From positions 62,001 through 126,000 of IMG/VR virus record IMGVR_UViG_3300048927_000250: DNA of 64,000 bases. One strand, written 5' to 3'. The translations under genes were made by a program, and so were the position numbers. Below, in pieces: positions 1 through 7,434 of this stretch. A model generated the notes under the pieces. The model saw only the letters and a list, made by a program, of their open reading frames with translations. It was not told where the DNA came from and did no database searches. Position 1 is the stretch's first letter; every line of letters begins with the position of its first letter.

Positions 1-436
1 CCGGTAATTCTGACACCGGGTCGTAGTCCGGGACATTACTGATTGCCTCGGTCTTGCATTTCTTGTCACTGATTTCTTTGGCGTCTTTGTACACCTTCAC
101 GCCTTCACGCCAGCTGCCGTCAGGGAGCGTAGCGGAATAGACTACGTAACTGATGTTACCTTTGATGAAGCGGTAATACATCCCACCACCACCGGAGAAT
201 GCCGTGTACGCGTAGCGCACATTAGTGCGGTTCCCGTAAATTGCAAGTTCAGTGGTGTCACCTTTATGGAAGGCGTACAGTGGGCCGTCAGCGTCGTCAA
301 TAATGGAGACGCTGTGTTGCGCATCAAGTTCACAATGGAAAATGAGTGGGACGTTAACAGGGATGTCTTCCGCATGGGCTTTTACTTGGTGAGCCAGGAA
401 CACCGCACAGATTGCCAATAACCATACACGAATCAT
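1..436 (-). CDS. Secreted/periplasmic hypothetical protein, runs off the left edge of the window (not in ORF track)
   Basis: Manual translation from ATG 436: MIRVWLLAICAVFLAHQVKAHAEDIPVNVPLIFHCELD...YTAFSGGGGMYYRFIKGNISYVVYS...KC...; Sec-type signal peptide; start overlaps the TGA of the upstream ORF (ATGA). Confidence 0.8.
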   Translation of the reverse strand, partial: MIRVWLLAICAVFLAHQVKAHAEDIPVNVPLIFHCELDAQHSVSIIDDADGPLYAFHKGDTTELAIYGNRTNVRYAYTAFSGGGGMYYRFIKGNISYVVYSATLPDGSWREGVKVYKDAKEISDKKCKTEAISNVPDYDPVSELP

Positions 437-978
437 TTTGCTTCTCCTTCTACTGCAAAGCTTGGGTGAGTTAAGACGTAGAACTTACCGTGTACGCCCA
501 TTTTACCGCGGGCGACCGTAATACCGATGTGGTCCATGAGTCTTTCGGCTTCAAGGACAACGGCTTCAAAGAACAGGTTGAATTCCCAGCCGTCGAGGCG
601 TTTGGTTTCCACGCACTCCACCAATGCTCGCATTCCCGCCAGGGTTTCTGTTTTCGCTGCGTCCATGCGGTTCACTATTACCGCACTATTGATTTCGCTG
701 AGTGTCTGAGTTTCCAACTCGCCCAGACTCGGGTAGACCATGAGGTTAATTTCCTCTTCGTCCATCTTCCGTTTACGCAACGCCGACCACGTTTGGAAAT
801 ACGGGAGTTCCATCACCTTGGTCCGGCTGTCACGGCCACGGCGTAACTCCATGTAGAGAATATAGTGGGCGACCGAAGCGGGGGTGAAGCCACAGTAGAA
901 GCCTTCCAGTACTGCGCCAATGCGCCCAGTCATCAGGGTGTTGATGCGAATGTCTTTCGTGTCAGTGTTGGTGTTCAT
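433..978 (-). CDS. Hypothetical protein (181 aa)
   Basis: ORF preceded by repeated TGTTAAAACTACGGAG module, GGAG 9 nt before ATG. Confidence 0.8.
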   Translation of the reverse strand: MNTNTDTKDIRINTLMTGRIGAVLEGFYCGFTPASVAHYILYMELRRGRDSRTKVMELPYFQTWSALRKRKMDEEEINLMVYPSLGELETQTLSEINSAVIVNRMDAAKTETLAGMRALVECVETKRLDGWEFNLFFEAVVLEAERLMDHIGITVARGKMGVHGKFYVLTHPSFAVEGEAK

Positions 979-987
979 CTTAAAATA

Positions 988-1003
988 CTCCGTAGTTTTA
1001 ACA
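988..1003 (-). repeat. 16-bp translation-start module, copy 1 (TGTTAAAACTACGGAG)
   Basis: Identical to 1516-1531 and 4285-4300; one mismatch to 4680-4695. Confidence 0.9.
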
Positions 1004-1009
1004 GGTTAG

Positions 1010-1507
1010 TTACACAAGGCTGTAGCGTTGTGGGTTAATGAGTTTGTCTTCTTCGAGCGCGAGTAGGCATTCCCGGTATTGTTTATCTTGTTCGCATACC
1101 GCGGCAGTGGCAAAGTAATCACGCAGGGACTTAATGTCATTGGTGACGACCCAGTGCGCGAACTGGAGGTTGGTCACCAACTCTAACGGTGTGATGGGTA
1201 AGTTTCTGGTTCCACCGGTGAGCGACAGGGTAACCACCATCTCCTTCCCAATTCTAACCATCTCTTGCAAGGTTTCGACTTTGCGTCCTGCACCCAATAC
1301 GTAATCGTAGAAAGCGCGCCCCTGGTCAGTCTTAAGGCGTTGACCTTCGATAAGGCGGACTAAATCCGTGCGGTAGTTCGTCAATTCTTTTACGGTAAGT
1401 TCTCCGTAGCGCCCGCGGTTGATGGTCATCTCGAGTGATTCCATTGGGCGATTAGGGCGACCGCTGTTCAGGTTAAGTGTTCTTAAAAAATCTGTTTGTC
1501 TTGACAT
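1010..1507 (-). CDS. Hypothetical protein (165 aa; start moved to ATG 1507)
   Basis: GGAG of the repeated module lies 8 nt before ATG 1507. Confidence 0.8.
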   Translation of the reverse strand: MSRQTDFLRTLNLNSGRPNRPMESLEMTINRGRYGELTVKELTNYRTDLVRLIEGQRLKTDQGRAFYDYVLGAGRKVETLQEMVRIGKEMVVTLSLTGGTRNLPITPLELVTNLQFAHWVVTNDIKSLRDYFATAAVCEQDKQYRECLLALEEDKLINPQRYSLV

Positions 1508-1515
1508 ATCGAGCA

Positions 1516-1531
1516 CTCCGTAGTTTTAACA
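1516..1531 (-). repeat. 16-bp translation-start module, copy 2
   Basis: Exact copy; directly abuts a UUCG hairpin. Confidence 0.9.
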
Positions 1532-1532
1532 A

Positions 1533-1556
1533 GGGGACCGAAGTCCCCCTTTTTTT
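1533..1556. terminator. Hairpin GGGGAC-TTCG-GTCCCC (minus-strand reading), T-tract on the plus-strand side
   Basis: 6-bp stem 1533-1538/1543-1548; poly-T 1550-1556 on plus strand, only TTGTT on minus strand. Confidence 0.55.
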
Positions 1557-1560
1557 AAGG

Positions 1561-2427
1561 TTAGAAACCGGTGAAAGACACACCGTCGATTTTACCGCCT
1601 TTCAGCACCAGCACTACATTCGGGTTACGTGACTTGTTGGCACGTGTGTAATGCGGCACTGGGCGTTCGCCAGGAATATCAGAACGTTCACGACCACCCA
1701 AGGTGACGGCTACACGACTGGTACCGTACATCGCATCCACCGCAGAACCAATGCGGTCGAAGTCATCCAGAGACAGCGTCAGTTCGCTGATAGCCGGTGC
1801 ACTCTCTTTGGCGTTCACGCGGTTAACCAGATTTTCGATAGCATTACCCATTTCTTTCCAGGAATGAATATTCAGGTAATGGCCAAAATCCATGGTCGCC
1901 TTCAGGTCCATTTCGTTGGTAAAGTGTTTATCTACACAACGGTCAATGGCCTTCAATATCGGTTTAATCATTGGTGCGCAGGTACGGTTTTCGATGTAAT
2001 CGAGATAAGTGCCGATATCTTCCTGGCTACGGGTACGGGTGGCGATGGCGTAGTAGATAGTGGCAGTCATGAACTCGGCGAATGAACCTTTGAAGTTCAC
2101 GTCCGGGTAAGTGGTCGGTAACACCAACAACTCTTCCCCTTCTGGTATCGCCTTGTCGGCTTCGATTTCCCCCATGGTATCGGCGAAGTAGGTGCGGACT
2201 TGCTGGATGACCTCCTCCTCTTCCTGGGAGAGTTCGTAGTCTGGTTCGTCACGGTGCAAGCGGACCAGGTTGCGCAGTACCTCAGCGCGCTGCTCCATGT
2301 CACCCTGAGCTTTACGACCGGATGCGGCTTTACCGATGTCAGTGGTATCACGCAGGTAGTTAGCGCTTTCTGCCAGTACGAGGGAACCAATAATCAGTGT
2401 GTTAATTTTAAATTCAGATACTTTCAT
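1561..2427 (-). CDS. Hypothetical protein (288 aa)
   Basis: Long ORF with TAAGGGG Shine-Dalgarno inside the repeated 17-mer. Confidence 0.85.
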   Translation of the reverse strand: MKVSEFKINTLIIGSLVLAESANYLRDTTDIGKAASGRKAQGDMEQRAEVLRNLVRLHRDEPDYELSQEEEEVIQQVRTYFADTMGEIEADKAIPEGEELLVLPTTYPDVNFKGSFAEFMTATIYYAIATRTRSQEDIGTYLDYIENRTCAPMIKPILKAIDRCVDKHFTNEMDLKATMDFGHYLNIHSWKEMGNAIENLVNRVNAKESAPAISELTLSLDDFDRIGSAVDAMYGTSRVAVTLGGRERSDIPGERPVPHYTRANKSRNPNVVLVLKGGKIDGVSFTGF

Positions 2428-2429
2428 GA

Positions 2430-2446
2430 GACAACCCCTTATTTAA
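2430..2446 (-). repeat. 17-bp translation-start module, copy 1 (TTAAATAAGGGGTTGTC)
   Basis: Exact copies at 48807-48823 and 51422-51438. Confidence 0.9.
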
Positions 2447-3065
2447 GTGTCAGTTTTTTGCGGACGTTGGCTTTAAAGTGCGAGCCGCAGGCCAGCGCTT
2501 GATAGTACAGTGCGGTGAACGGAAATATCCGTCCGATAGGTTTCTGTTCTTGCACGCTCCCTTCCTTGAAGGTAAAGCGGTAAATCACGCCACCACAACG
2601 TTCGTCGTGACGTATTGCCGTGGCCACGTATAGCCACGCTGCCAATACGCATTGGCTAATGTGGGTAACACGTTCTTTTGCATCACCCAAAATGATGGTG
2701 CTTTCCGGCGGGTACTCGATAAGCGTCCCGTCTAATGATGCGACGTAAATCGGACCATCGGTGATAATCAACTGTTCGCCCTTCATCCCTTCTTCCAGAA
2801 TCAGAAAGCGAGAGGTGTCGGCGTAGCTGAGGAATCCTGTCTCCTCTTTTGCAGCCATCAGTTGATAACGATAATCCCAGGCACGGGCCATGATGTTACT
2901 CCCGACGTAAGCCCAGAGTAAGACCTTATGACCATGAAAGGTAAAGGGGCCGTGAGGGTAACGGTACTTACGCCCACTGTCTTCAGTGTGCATCTTCCCG
3001 CCATGGGCTACAACAACGCGAGAGTCAACGGCCAATTCCCCGCGTGTATAAACCAGTATGCTCAT
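2439..3065 (-). CDS. Possible Ntn-hydrolase/proteasome-subunit-like protein (208 aa)
   Basis: N-terminus MSILVYTRGELAVDSR resembles the MTTIxxxxGxLAADSR start of phage HslV/proteasome-like proteins; motif resemblance only. Confidence 0.4.
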   Translation of the reverse strand: MSILVYTRGELAVDSRVVVAHGGKMHTEDSGRKYRYPHGPFTFHGHKVLLWAYVGSNIMARAWDYRYQLMAAKEETGFLSYADTSRFLILEEGMKGEQLIITDGPIYVASLDGTLIEYPPESTIILGDAKERVTHISQCVLAAWLYVATAIRHDERCGGVIYRFTFKEGSVQEQKPIGRIFPFTALYYQALACGSHFKANVRKKLTLK

Positions 3066-3262
3066 TTTATTCGGCTCTCCAATAACTGCCGCATTAACTC
3101 AGCCTCCAGCCGAGCTGTTGCCAGTGTGTGCTCTGTGAGTTCTGCGCGTCGCACCGGCGATTGAGCCATCGCCTCCGCCATGTAGTGAACGAAGGACTTG
3201 ACGGTTGAATCGACCTGCTGGCGTTTGTGCTCGGAACGGATTAAAGCGTCTAAGTCCTTCAT
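3062..3262 (-). CDS. Small hypothetical protein (66 aa)
   Basis: 4-nt overlap with the next gene; AAGGA-type RBS. Confidence 0.7.
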   Translation of the reverse strand: MKDLDALIRSEHKRQQVDSTVKSFVHYMAEAMAQSPVRRAELTEHTLATARLEAELMRQLLESRIK

Positions 3263-3272
3263 GTTGAATTCC

Positions 3273-3440
3273 TTATTCGCCTAAGCGATAAACGTCGTCA
3301 CCGCCGAAGATACGACTGAAGTCTTCTTCGAAACGGGTACGGTCCAGGGGTACGTCATCGAACTCGCCTGGCGCTGCTTTGTCGTAGTCCCCGGTACCAG
3401 GGAGTGTACGTGGTGCTGGAACAGTTTCATTTCTTGCCAT
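3273..3440 (-). CDS. Small acidic protein (55 aa, not in ORF track)
   Basis: MARNETVPAPRTLPGTGDYDKAAPGEFDDVPLDRTRFEEDFSRIFGGDDVYRLGE*; GAGG RBS; fills the intergenic gap exactly. Confidence 0.75.
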   Translation of the reverse strand: MARNETVPAPRTLPGTGDYDKAAPGEFDDVPLDRTRFEEDFSRIFGGDDVYRLGE

Positions 3441-3459
3441 TGTCAGGTTCCTCTATGGA

Positions 3460-3504
3460 ATAAAAAGGTGGGGGCGGCACGCCCCCTGTCGGTAATGTCC
3501 CGAC
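3460..3504 (-). terminator. Intrinsic terminator with a second upstream hairpin
   Basis: GGGGCG/CGCCCC stem 3471-3485 followed on minus strand by ACCTTTTTATT; GTCGG/CCGAC hairpin 3488-3504. Confidence 0.6.
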
Positions 3505-3528
3505 CAAACGAAGAGAACTTTTTAGTGA

Positions 3529-3852
3529 TTAGTGTACGAGGCGAGTTTCGCCGTCAACAACGCGGTGAGAGTCGCGGTCAGCTTCGGTCACGGCGATGTA
3601 TTCGACCGTACCGGTGAAGCCCATCTGACGCCCGTAGGTGTCTTCGTAAAACTCGGTCAGTTCACGAACATCGTTCGGAAGCGGACCGTCCACCTGGAAG
3701 AACTTCAGTTCCTGGTCCATGGTGGTGACCATCAGGTACTTCTGACCGACGCGCAGGTTCTGACGGTCGGTTGGGTGCATGTTCAACGAGAACACCTGGT
3801 TATCGTCGTTGGACAGTTCGATGCGGTTGATGTAGTTACGAATGATTTGCAT
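3529..3852 (-). CDS. Hypothetical protein (107 aa)
   Basis: ORF with CAGGAG RBS. Confidence 0.8.
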   Translation of the reverse strand: MQIIRNYINRIELSNDDNQVFSLNMHPTDRQNLRVGQKYLMVTTMDQELKFFQVDGPLPNDVRELTEFYEDTYGRQMGFTGTVEYIAVTEADRDSHRVVDGETRLVH

Positions 3853-3894
3853 GATAAAACTCCTGAAAGAATAGTTAGGATTGTAGAATGGGGA

Positions 3895-4275
3895 TTAGTT
3901 AACTTTACGGTAGACTGGCATCTTGCTCAGGGTGTCGGTGTGAACCGTGAACTCTTTGTCAATCCCTTTGTTCAGTTTATAGGCCAGGTAAGCACGCAGA
4001 CGCAGTGCATCACCCCATGTGAACATCCACTCGGTGTCCCGTTTCCAGAACCACGAGTTAAAGCGACCGAACTGTGATTGCATCACGTAGATACGGTCGT
4101 ACATCTTACCGGATAACTCTTCTTCCAGAATCTCCAGTAACTTCGCGGCTTCTTTCGGGTTCAAGGTGATTTCCTTGACGCCCTTCAACGCACGGTTCTT
4201 TTCGAAGTCCGCTTGCTCTTTCGCTACTGCCTTCGCTTCATCAACCAGAATCAAACTCATTAATAAATTCAACAT
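3895..4275 (-). CDS. Hypothetical protein (126 aa; start moved to ATG 4275)
   Basis: Repeated module GGAG 9 nt before ATG 4275. Confidence 0.8.
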   Translation of the reverse strand: MLNLLMSLILVDEAKAVAKEQADFEKNRALKGVKEITLNPKEAAKLLEILEEELSGKMYDRIYVMQSQFGRFNSWFWKRDTEWMFTWGDALRLRAYLAYKLNKGIDKEFTVHTDTLSKMPVYRKVN

Positions 4276-4284
4276 GTTCTTAAT

Positions 4285-4300
4285 CTCCGTAGTTTTAACA
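4285..4300 (-). repeat. 16-bp translation-start module, copy 3
   Basis: Exact copy. Confidence 0.9.
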
Positions 4301-4307
4301 GGGGTAC

Positions 4308-4670
4308 TTAGTGAATCTGCATCATGACTTCGGTGAGGGCAGGGGACGCCTTCCCAACGATGGTGTAGGTCCGCTCGGTGTCGAGCGCCATTGCTGCTAC
4401 ACATTCTTCTTTCAACTTTTCCGTGACGATAATGCGGCGTTGCTCATCCGTGAAGTGAATGAGGGAATGGGTGGTGGGGTCGAAGAAGTAGCTCCCCGCC
4501 ACTTTGCTGAGCGTGAATTCAAAATCACACACGCCGACGGCAATGTATTCTTTAAAGGCGTGCTGCATGGCCTCTATCAACTTGTGGTTAATGCGCACTT
4601 CCACATCGCATTCATTATCCACGACATTCAATTTACCCTGGGTGTGAATGCAAAAATGATACTGTTGCAT
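4308..4670 (-). CDS. Hypothetical protein (120 aa; start moved to ATG 4670)
   Basis: Repeated module GGAG 9 nt before ATG 4670. Confidence 0.8.
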   Translation of the reverse strand: MQQYHFCIHTQGKLNVVDNECDVEVRINHKLIEAMQHAFKEYIAVGVCDFEFTLSKVAGSYFFDPTTHSLIHFTDEQRRIIVTEKLKEECVAAMALDTERTYTIVGKASPALTEVMMQIH

Positions 4671-4679
4671 GAGGTTATT

Positions 4680-4695
4680 CTCCGTAGTTGTAACA
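4680..4695 (-). repeat. 16-bp translation-start module, copy 4 (TGTTACAACTACGGAG)
   Basis: One mismatch to the other three copies. Confidence 0.85.
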
Positions 4696-4731
4696 TTGAT
4701 ATCTAGGGGTTTAGTACCCTTATTCACCGAG

Positions 4732-4742
4732 AGAATATATAC
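4732..4742 (-). promoter_or_regulatory. Possible early promoter (GTATATATTCT)
   Basis: Resembles the GTCTATATTAC motif found at 7397, 19681, 20622 and 54270; heads the left early cassette. Confidence 0.4.
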
Positions 4743-4764
4743 TTCAAAATCCTTTAGATAGGGA

Positions 4765-4883
4765 ATAAAGAAAGAATCTCCCCTCCAGCCAAAAGACGTA
4801 AAGTCTCTTGACTAAAGGGGTGCGAGCCTAATAGCAGGAAGATGCTGAACGGGAGACTTTACAACCGTTCTCATCCACTCGCA
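4765..4883 (-). ncRNA. Candidate structured sRNA / attenuator with terminator-like 18-bp stem and loop-loop complementarity
   Basis: Stem 4820-4803/4797-4780 pairs fully only on the minus strand (4 G.U); hairpin 4875-4841 has loop GTAAAGTCTC (4862-4853) complementary to GAGACTTTAC (4807-4798); P1 4883-4877/4827-4821. Confidence 0.6.
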
Positions 4884-4913
4884 TAAAGAGTGGACCGGCT
4901 GTAAAAAATGAGT

Positions 4914-5981
4914 TTAAGCAATGGCGGCGTAAGGGTACATCTGCTTCGCCAGGGATTTCAAACTGGTGGTCGCAGTGAAGTGACCGGAGACAGTGAGCAT
5001 CCGATTGTACAACGTATCGGTAACCATCAGCTTCTTCACGTCGTTTGACGCGCCATTGAACACAGAGAGGTTGCGGGGGTTGGTGGCTTTGAAAGACAGG
5101 CGGTCCCAGTTCGCATTGAAGCGGGTGAGAATCGCCACCAGTTCGTTCTTGTACTTGCTGTAGTCAGCGGCCAGTGCCCCTACCGGTAAACGGTAGTAGC
5201 TGATGATGTCGGTCACCGCCGTCGGGTAACGTTGCAGAACGAAGTCGACCCCGAGGTGGTCGAGCATACTGTTGAGGATGGTGACGTCGCCGTTCTGTAC
5301 TGCGAAATCGAACTGGTCGATTAACGCCGTTTTCATTACCACGTCATTCGGGTTGGTGCTCATCACCCGGTCAATGATGTTGGTCATCCCCAGACGGGCG
5401 GCGTTGGTCAGGATACTGACACGCATCGCGTAATCCGAGGCACTGTCTTTGATGCGCCCGAATTCTTCACCTGGCAAATCCAGCAAACGGTTACTGGTTT
5501 CAATCAGGTTGTTGATTTCGGGGACAGTGGCACCCAAAGCAACCTTGAGGAAACTGTTCCCGTTCTGTACCTGGTCGAAGGGAAGTTTGTTCAGGTTATT
5601 CAACTGACCCTGTATCTGACTTTGCAGGTCACTGGACATCCCTTTGATGGTCCCGATGGTTCCATCCAGTGCCGAGTTCAACTGAGTGGTCAGGGCAGTG
5701 ACGTCTTCCCGTACTTCTTTCGCCGTAGCCAATGCATCGTTCAGGGAACCGAGGTCCCCAATCTTCGTGTTGAAGAGGAAGTTCTTGGCGGCGGCTATCT
5801 TGTTCTGGATGGTGTTCGACATCCCGGTGAGGGTGTCTTTCGCTGTCTTCCCGTAACCATCGACCGTCATCAACGCGTCTTTGGCTTTGGTGGTCATCAG
5901 CGTACTGCCTGCCTGCACCGACTTCGTGGCACTGCTGGCTGCCGTTTTGGCGTCGCTCAATTTGCTGGTAATGTCTACCAT
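4914..5981 (-). CDS. Probable virion structural protein (355 aa)
   Basis: Ala/Thr/Ser-rich helical N-terminus, strong codon bias, position among phiKZ-like late genes. Confidence 0.6.
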   Translation of the reverse strand: MVDITSKLSDAKTAASSATKSVQAGSTLMTTKAKDALMTVDGYGKTAKDTLTGMSNTIQNKIAAAKNFLFNTKIGDLGSLNDALATAKEVREDVTALTTQLNSALDGTIGTIKGMSSDLQSQIQGQLNNLNKLPFDQVQNGNSFLKVALGATVPEINNLIETSNRLLDLPGEEFGRIKDSASDYAMRVSILTNAARLGMTNIIDRVMSTNPNDVVMKTALIDQFDFAVQNGDVTILNSMLDHLGVDFVLQRYPTAVTDIISYYRLPVGALAADYSKYKNELVAILTRFNANWDRLSFKATNPRNLSVFNGASNDVKKLMVTDTLYNRMLTVSGHFTATTSLKSLAKQMYPYAAIA

Positions 5982-6001
5982 GGTAGCGTCCTCGATGAGA
6001 C

Positions 6002-6028
6002 AAAAAAAGAACCGGGGTTTCCCCCGGT
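6002..6028 (-). terminator. Intrinsic terminator
   Basis: ACCGGGG/CCCCGGT stem 6011-6028 followed by TCTTTTTTT on minus strand. Confidence 0.8.
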
Positions 6029-6034
6029 CGTAAA

Positions 6035-6826
6035 CTATTCTTCTCCTTCTACCGCCACCAGTGCGTTACCGGCTACCTGAATGTGGTGAGAAGTCGAGCG
6101 GCCGCCAGAGTATTCCAGGCGCACCTTAAAATAGATTTGTTTTGGGTTCAGTACTTTGAGCCCTTTAGTGAACACTTTGATAGACATGTCCGGGTTACTC
6201 AACCCACGGGTTAAGTTACTGCGCTCCGAACTCCGCTTACCACCGTTCACGACTGAAGACTTCACCCCACTGTCCGCTACCGTTGTTTCGACGAAACCGT
6301 TCAGTGGGTTATTGAGATACGCCGACATCAGCTTACGCCATTGCTCGTCATTAATCTCCAAGGTGTTCTTAATGTTACGGAACATGGTCGCCAGGAAGTT
6401 TTGGCGGTCCGGGTATTTCTCGTTATGGAAAGGCAGGTACAGCATTTCTTCGTCAATGTTGACGCTGGTCGATACGGTTACCTCGTTGTCGAATTCCAGG
6501 TCCATCTTCAGTGTCACCTTGAGCGGTGCCAATAAGCGTAGACCTTTCATGAAGTTTTTGAACGTCAGTCCCGGGTTGGTCAACCCACGGTTGAGATTGC
6601 TGCGTTCCGAAGAACGTCCACGACTGGTTTGCAGCACCTCGTTCCGGGGGTCTTTCAAATACTGATTCATCAGCATTGACCACCGATGGGAGGAGATGTT
6701 CAGGTCACCTTTTATCTGGCGGAACATCAAAGCCAAGATGTTCATGCCACTAATGTTCTCCTCTTCTGGCTCGTTGAGTAGAGCGCCGAGTGCGAAGCGA
6801 AGTGGTAGACTACTCCTCATGTGCAT
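6035..6826 (-). CDS. Hypothetical protein with an internal domain duplication (263 aa)
   Basis: Two ~105-aa halves each containing RSSERSNL.RGL.NP....K.F.KGL..L.P. Confidence 0.85.
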   Translation of the reverse strand: MHMRSSLPLRFALGALLNEPEEENISGMNILALMFRQIKGDLNISSHRWSMLMNQYLKDPRNEVLQTSRGRSSERSNLNRGLTNPGLTFKNFMKGLRLLAPLKVTLKMDLEFDNEVTVSTSVNIDEEMLYLPFHNEKYPDRQNFLATMFRNIKNTLEINDEQWRKLMSAYLNNPLNGFVETTVADSGVKSSVVNGGKRSSERSNLTRGLSNPDMSIKVFTKGLKVLNPKQIYFKVRLEYSGGRSTSHHIQVAGNALVAVEGEE

Positions 6827-6833
6827 ACCTTAT

Positions 6834-7355
6834 TTACGTAGAGTGAGCCCTCCGCAGAATACTCTCGCAGAAGGTCATAATGTCACAATACACGTAATAC
6901 ATTTCACCGATACGGTAATTGTACACGTGCTCCGCCTCAGTCTCCCGGGAGAGGTCCATCGCTTCCACATTGTCCTTGATAAGTTCCTCAAGTTCCAGTA
7001 AGAAGGAGACGGCTTCCAGGTGGCTCCCTTGTTTATCGCTCAGCCAAAAGCGTAGGGAACTCGAATTGATTTCGGGCGGGTAGTGAGTGCGCGGCGGTTC
7101 TTCCGTGCGGGCGAAATACAACGTGCCTTTTTCTAAACGCTCGGCTACGTCGTACGCCTGATAATAGAAGTCGCCTTGAATCGGGAGCAGTAGTAGCAAC
7201 TCTTCCTCAGAGAGACGGAGTGCTCTTAACCCTTTCCATAGGATAAGCATGGTTTCCGGACTGACCTCTATTTCCCCGTCGATGCCACCCAGTAGGGCGT
7301 ACGCCTTGTTCAACTGACGGGATTGCAAGTAACGCCGTAACATTTTTGCTAACAT
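6834..7355 (-). CDS. Hypothetical protein (173 aa)
   Basis: ORF downstream of promoter motif, CAGGAG RBS. Confidence 0.8.
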   Translation of the reverse strand: MLAKMLRRYLQSRQLNKAYALLGGIDGEIEVSPETMLILWKGLRALRLSEEELLLLLPIQGDFYYQAYDVAERLEKGTLYFARTEEPPRTHYPPEINSSSLRFWLSDKQGSHLEAVSFLLELEELIKDNVEAMDLSRETEAEHVYNYRIGEMYYVYCDIMTFCESILRRAHST

Positions 7356-7396
7356 TCTGTGTAACTCCTGTGATACAAGTAGCTGAAGTCAATTCT

Positions 7397-7407
7397 ATAA
7401 TATAGAC
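7397..7407 (-). promoter_or_regulatory. Early-type promoter motif GTCTATATTAT
   Basis: Intergenic; matches 19681-19691 and 20622-20632; phiKZ early promoters carry TATTAC. Confidence 0.55.
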
Positions 7408-7434
7408 CTGTTCCGTTTTTAGGAGGACCTAGCC

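Noticed and set aside
3895-4404. Long N-terminal extensions given in the ORF track (also 8931, 9307, 36657, 38170, 42000, 45194, 56838, 60102)
   Set aside because: They overlap upstream genes or terminators and lack an RBS; downstream ATGs have clear Shine-Dalgarno sequences
988-4695. Repeated 16-mers as a CRISPR array
   Set aside because: Repeats are separated by whole genes at irregular distances and each contains an RBS; no cas genes
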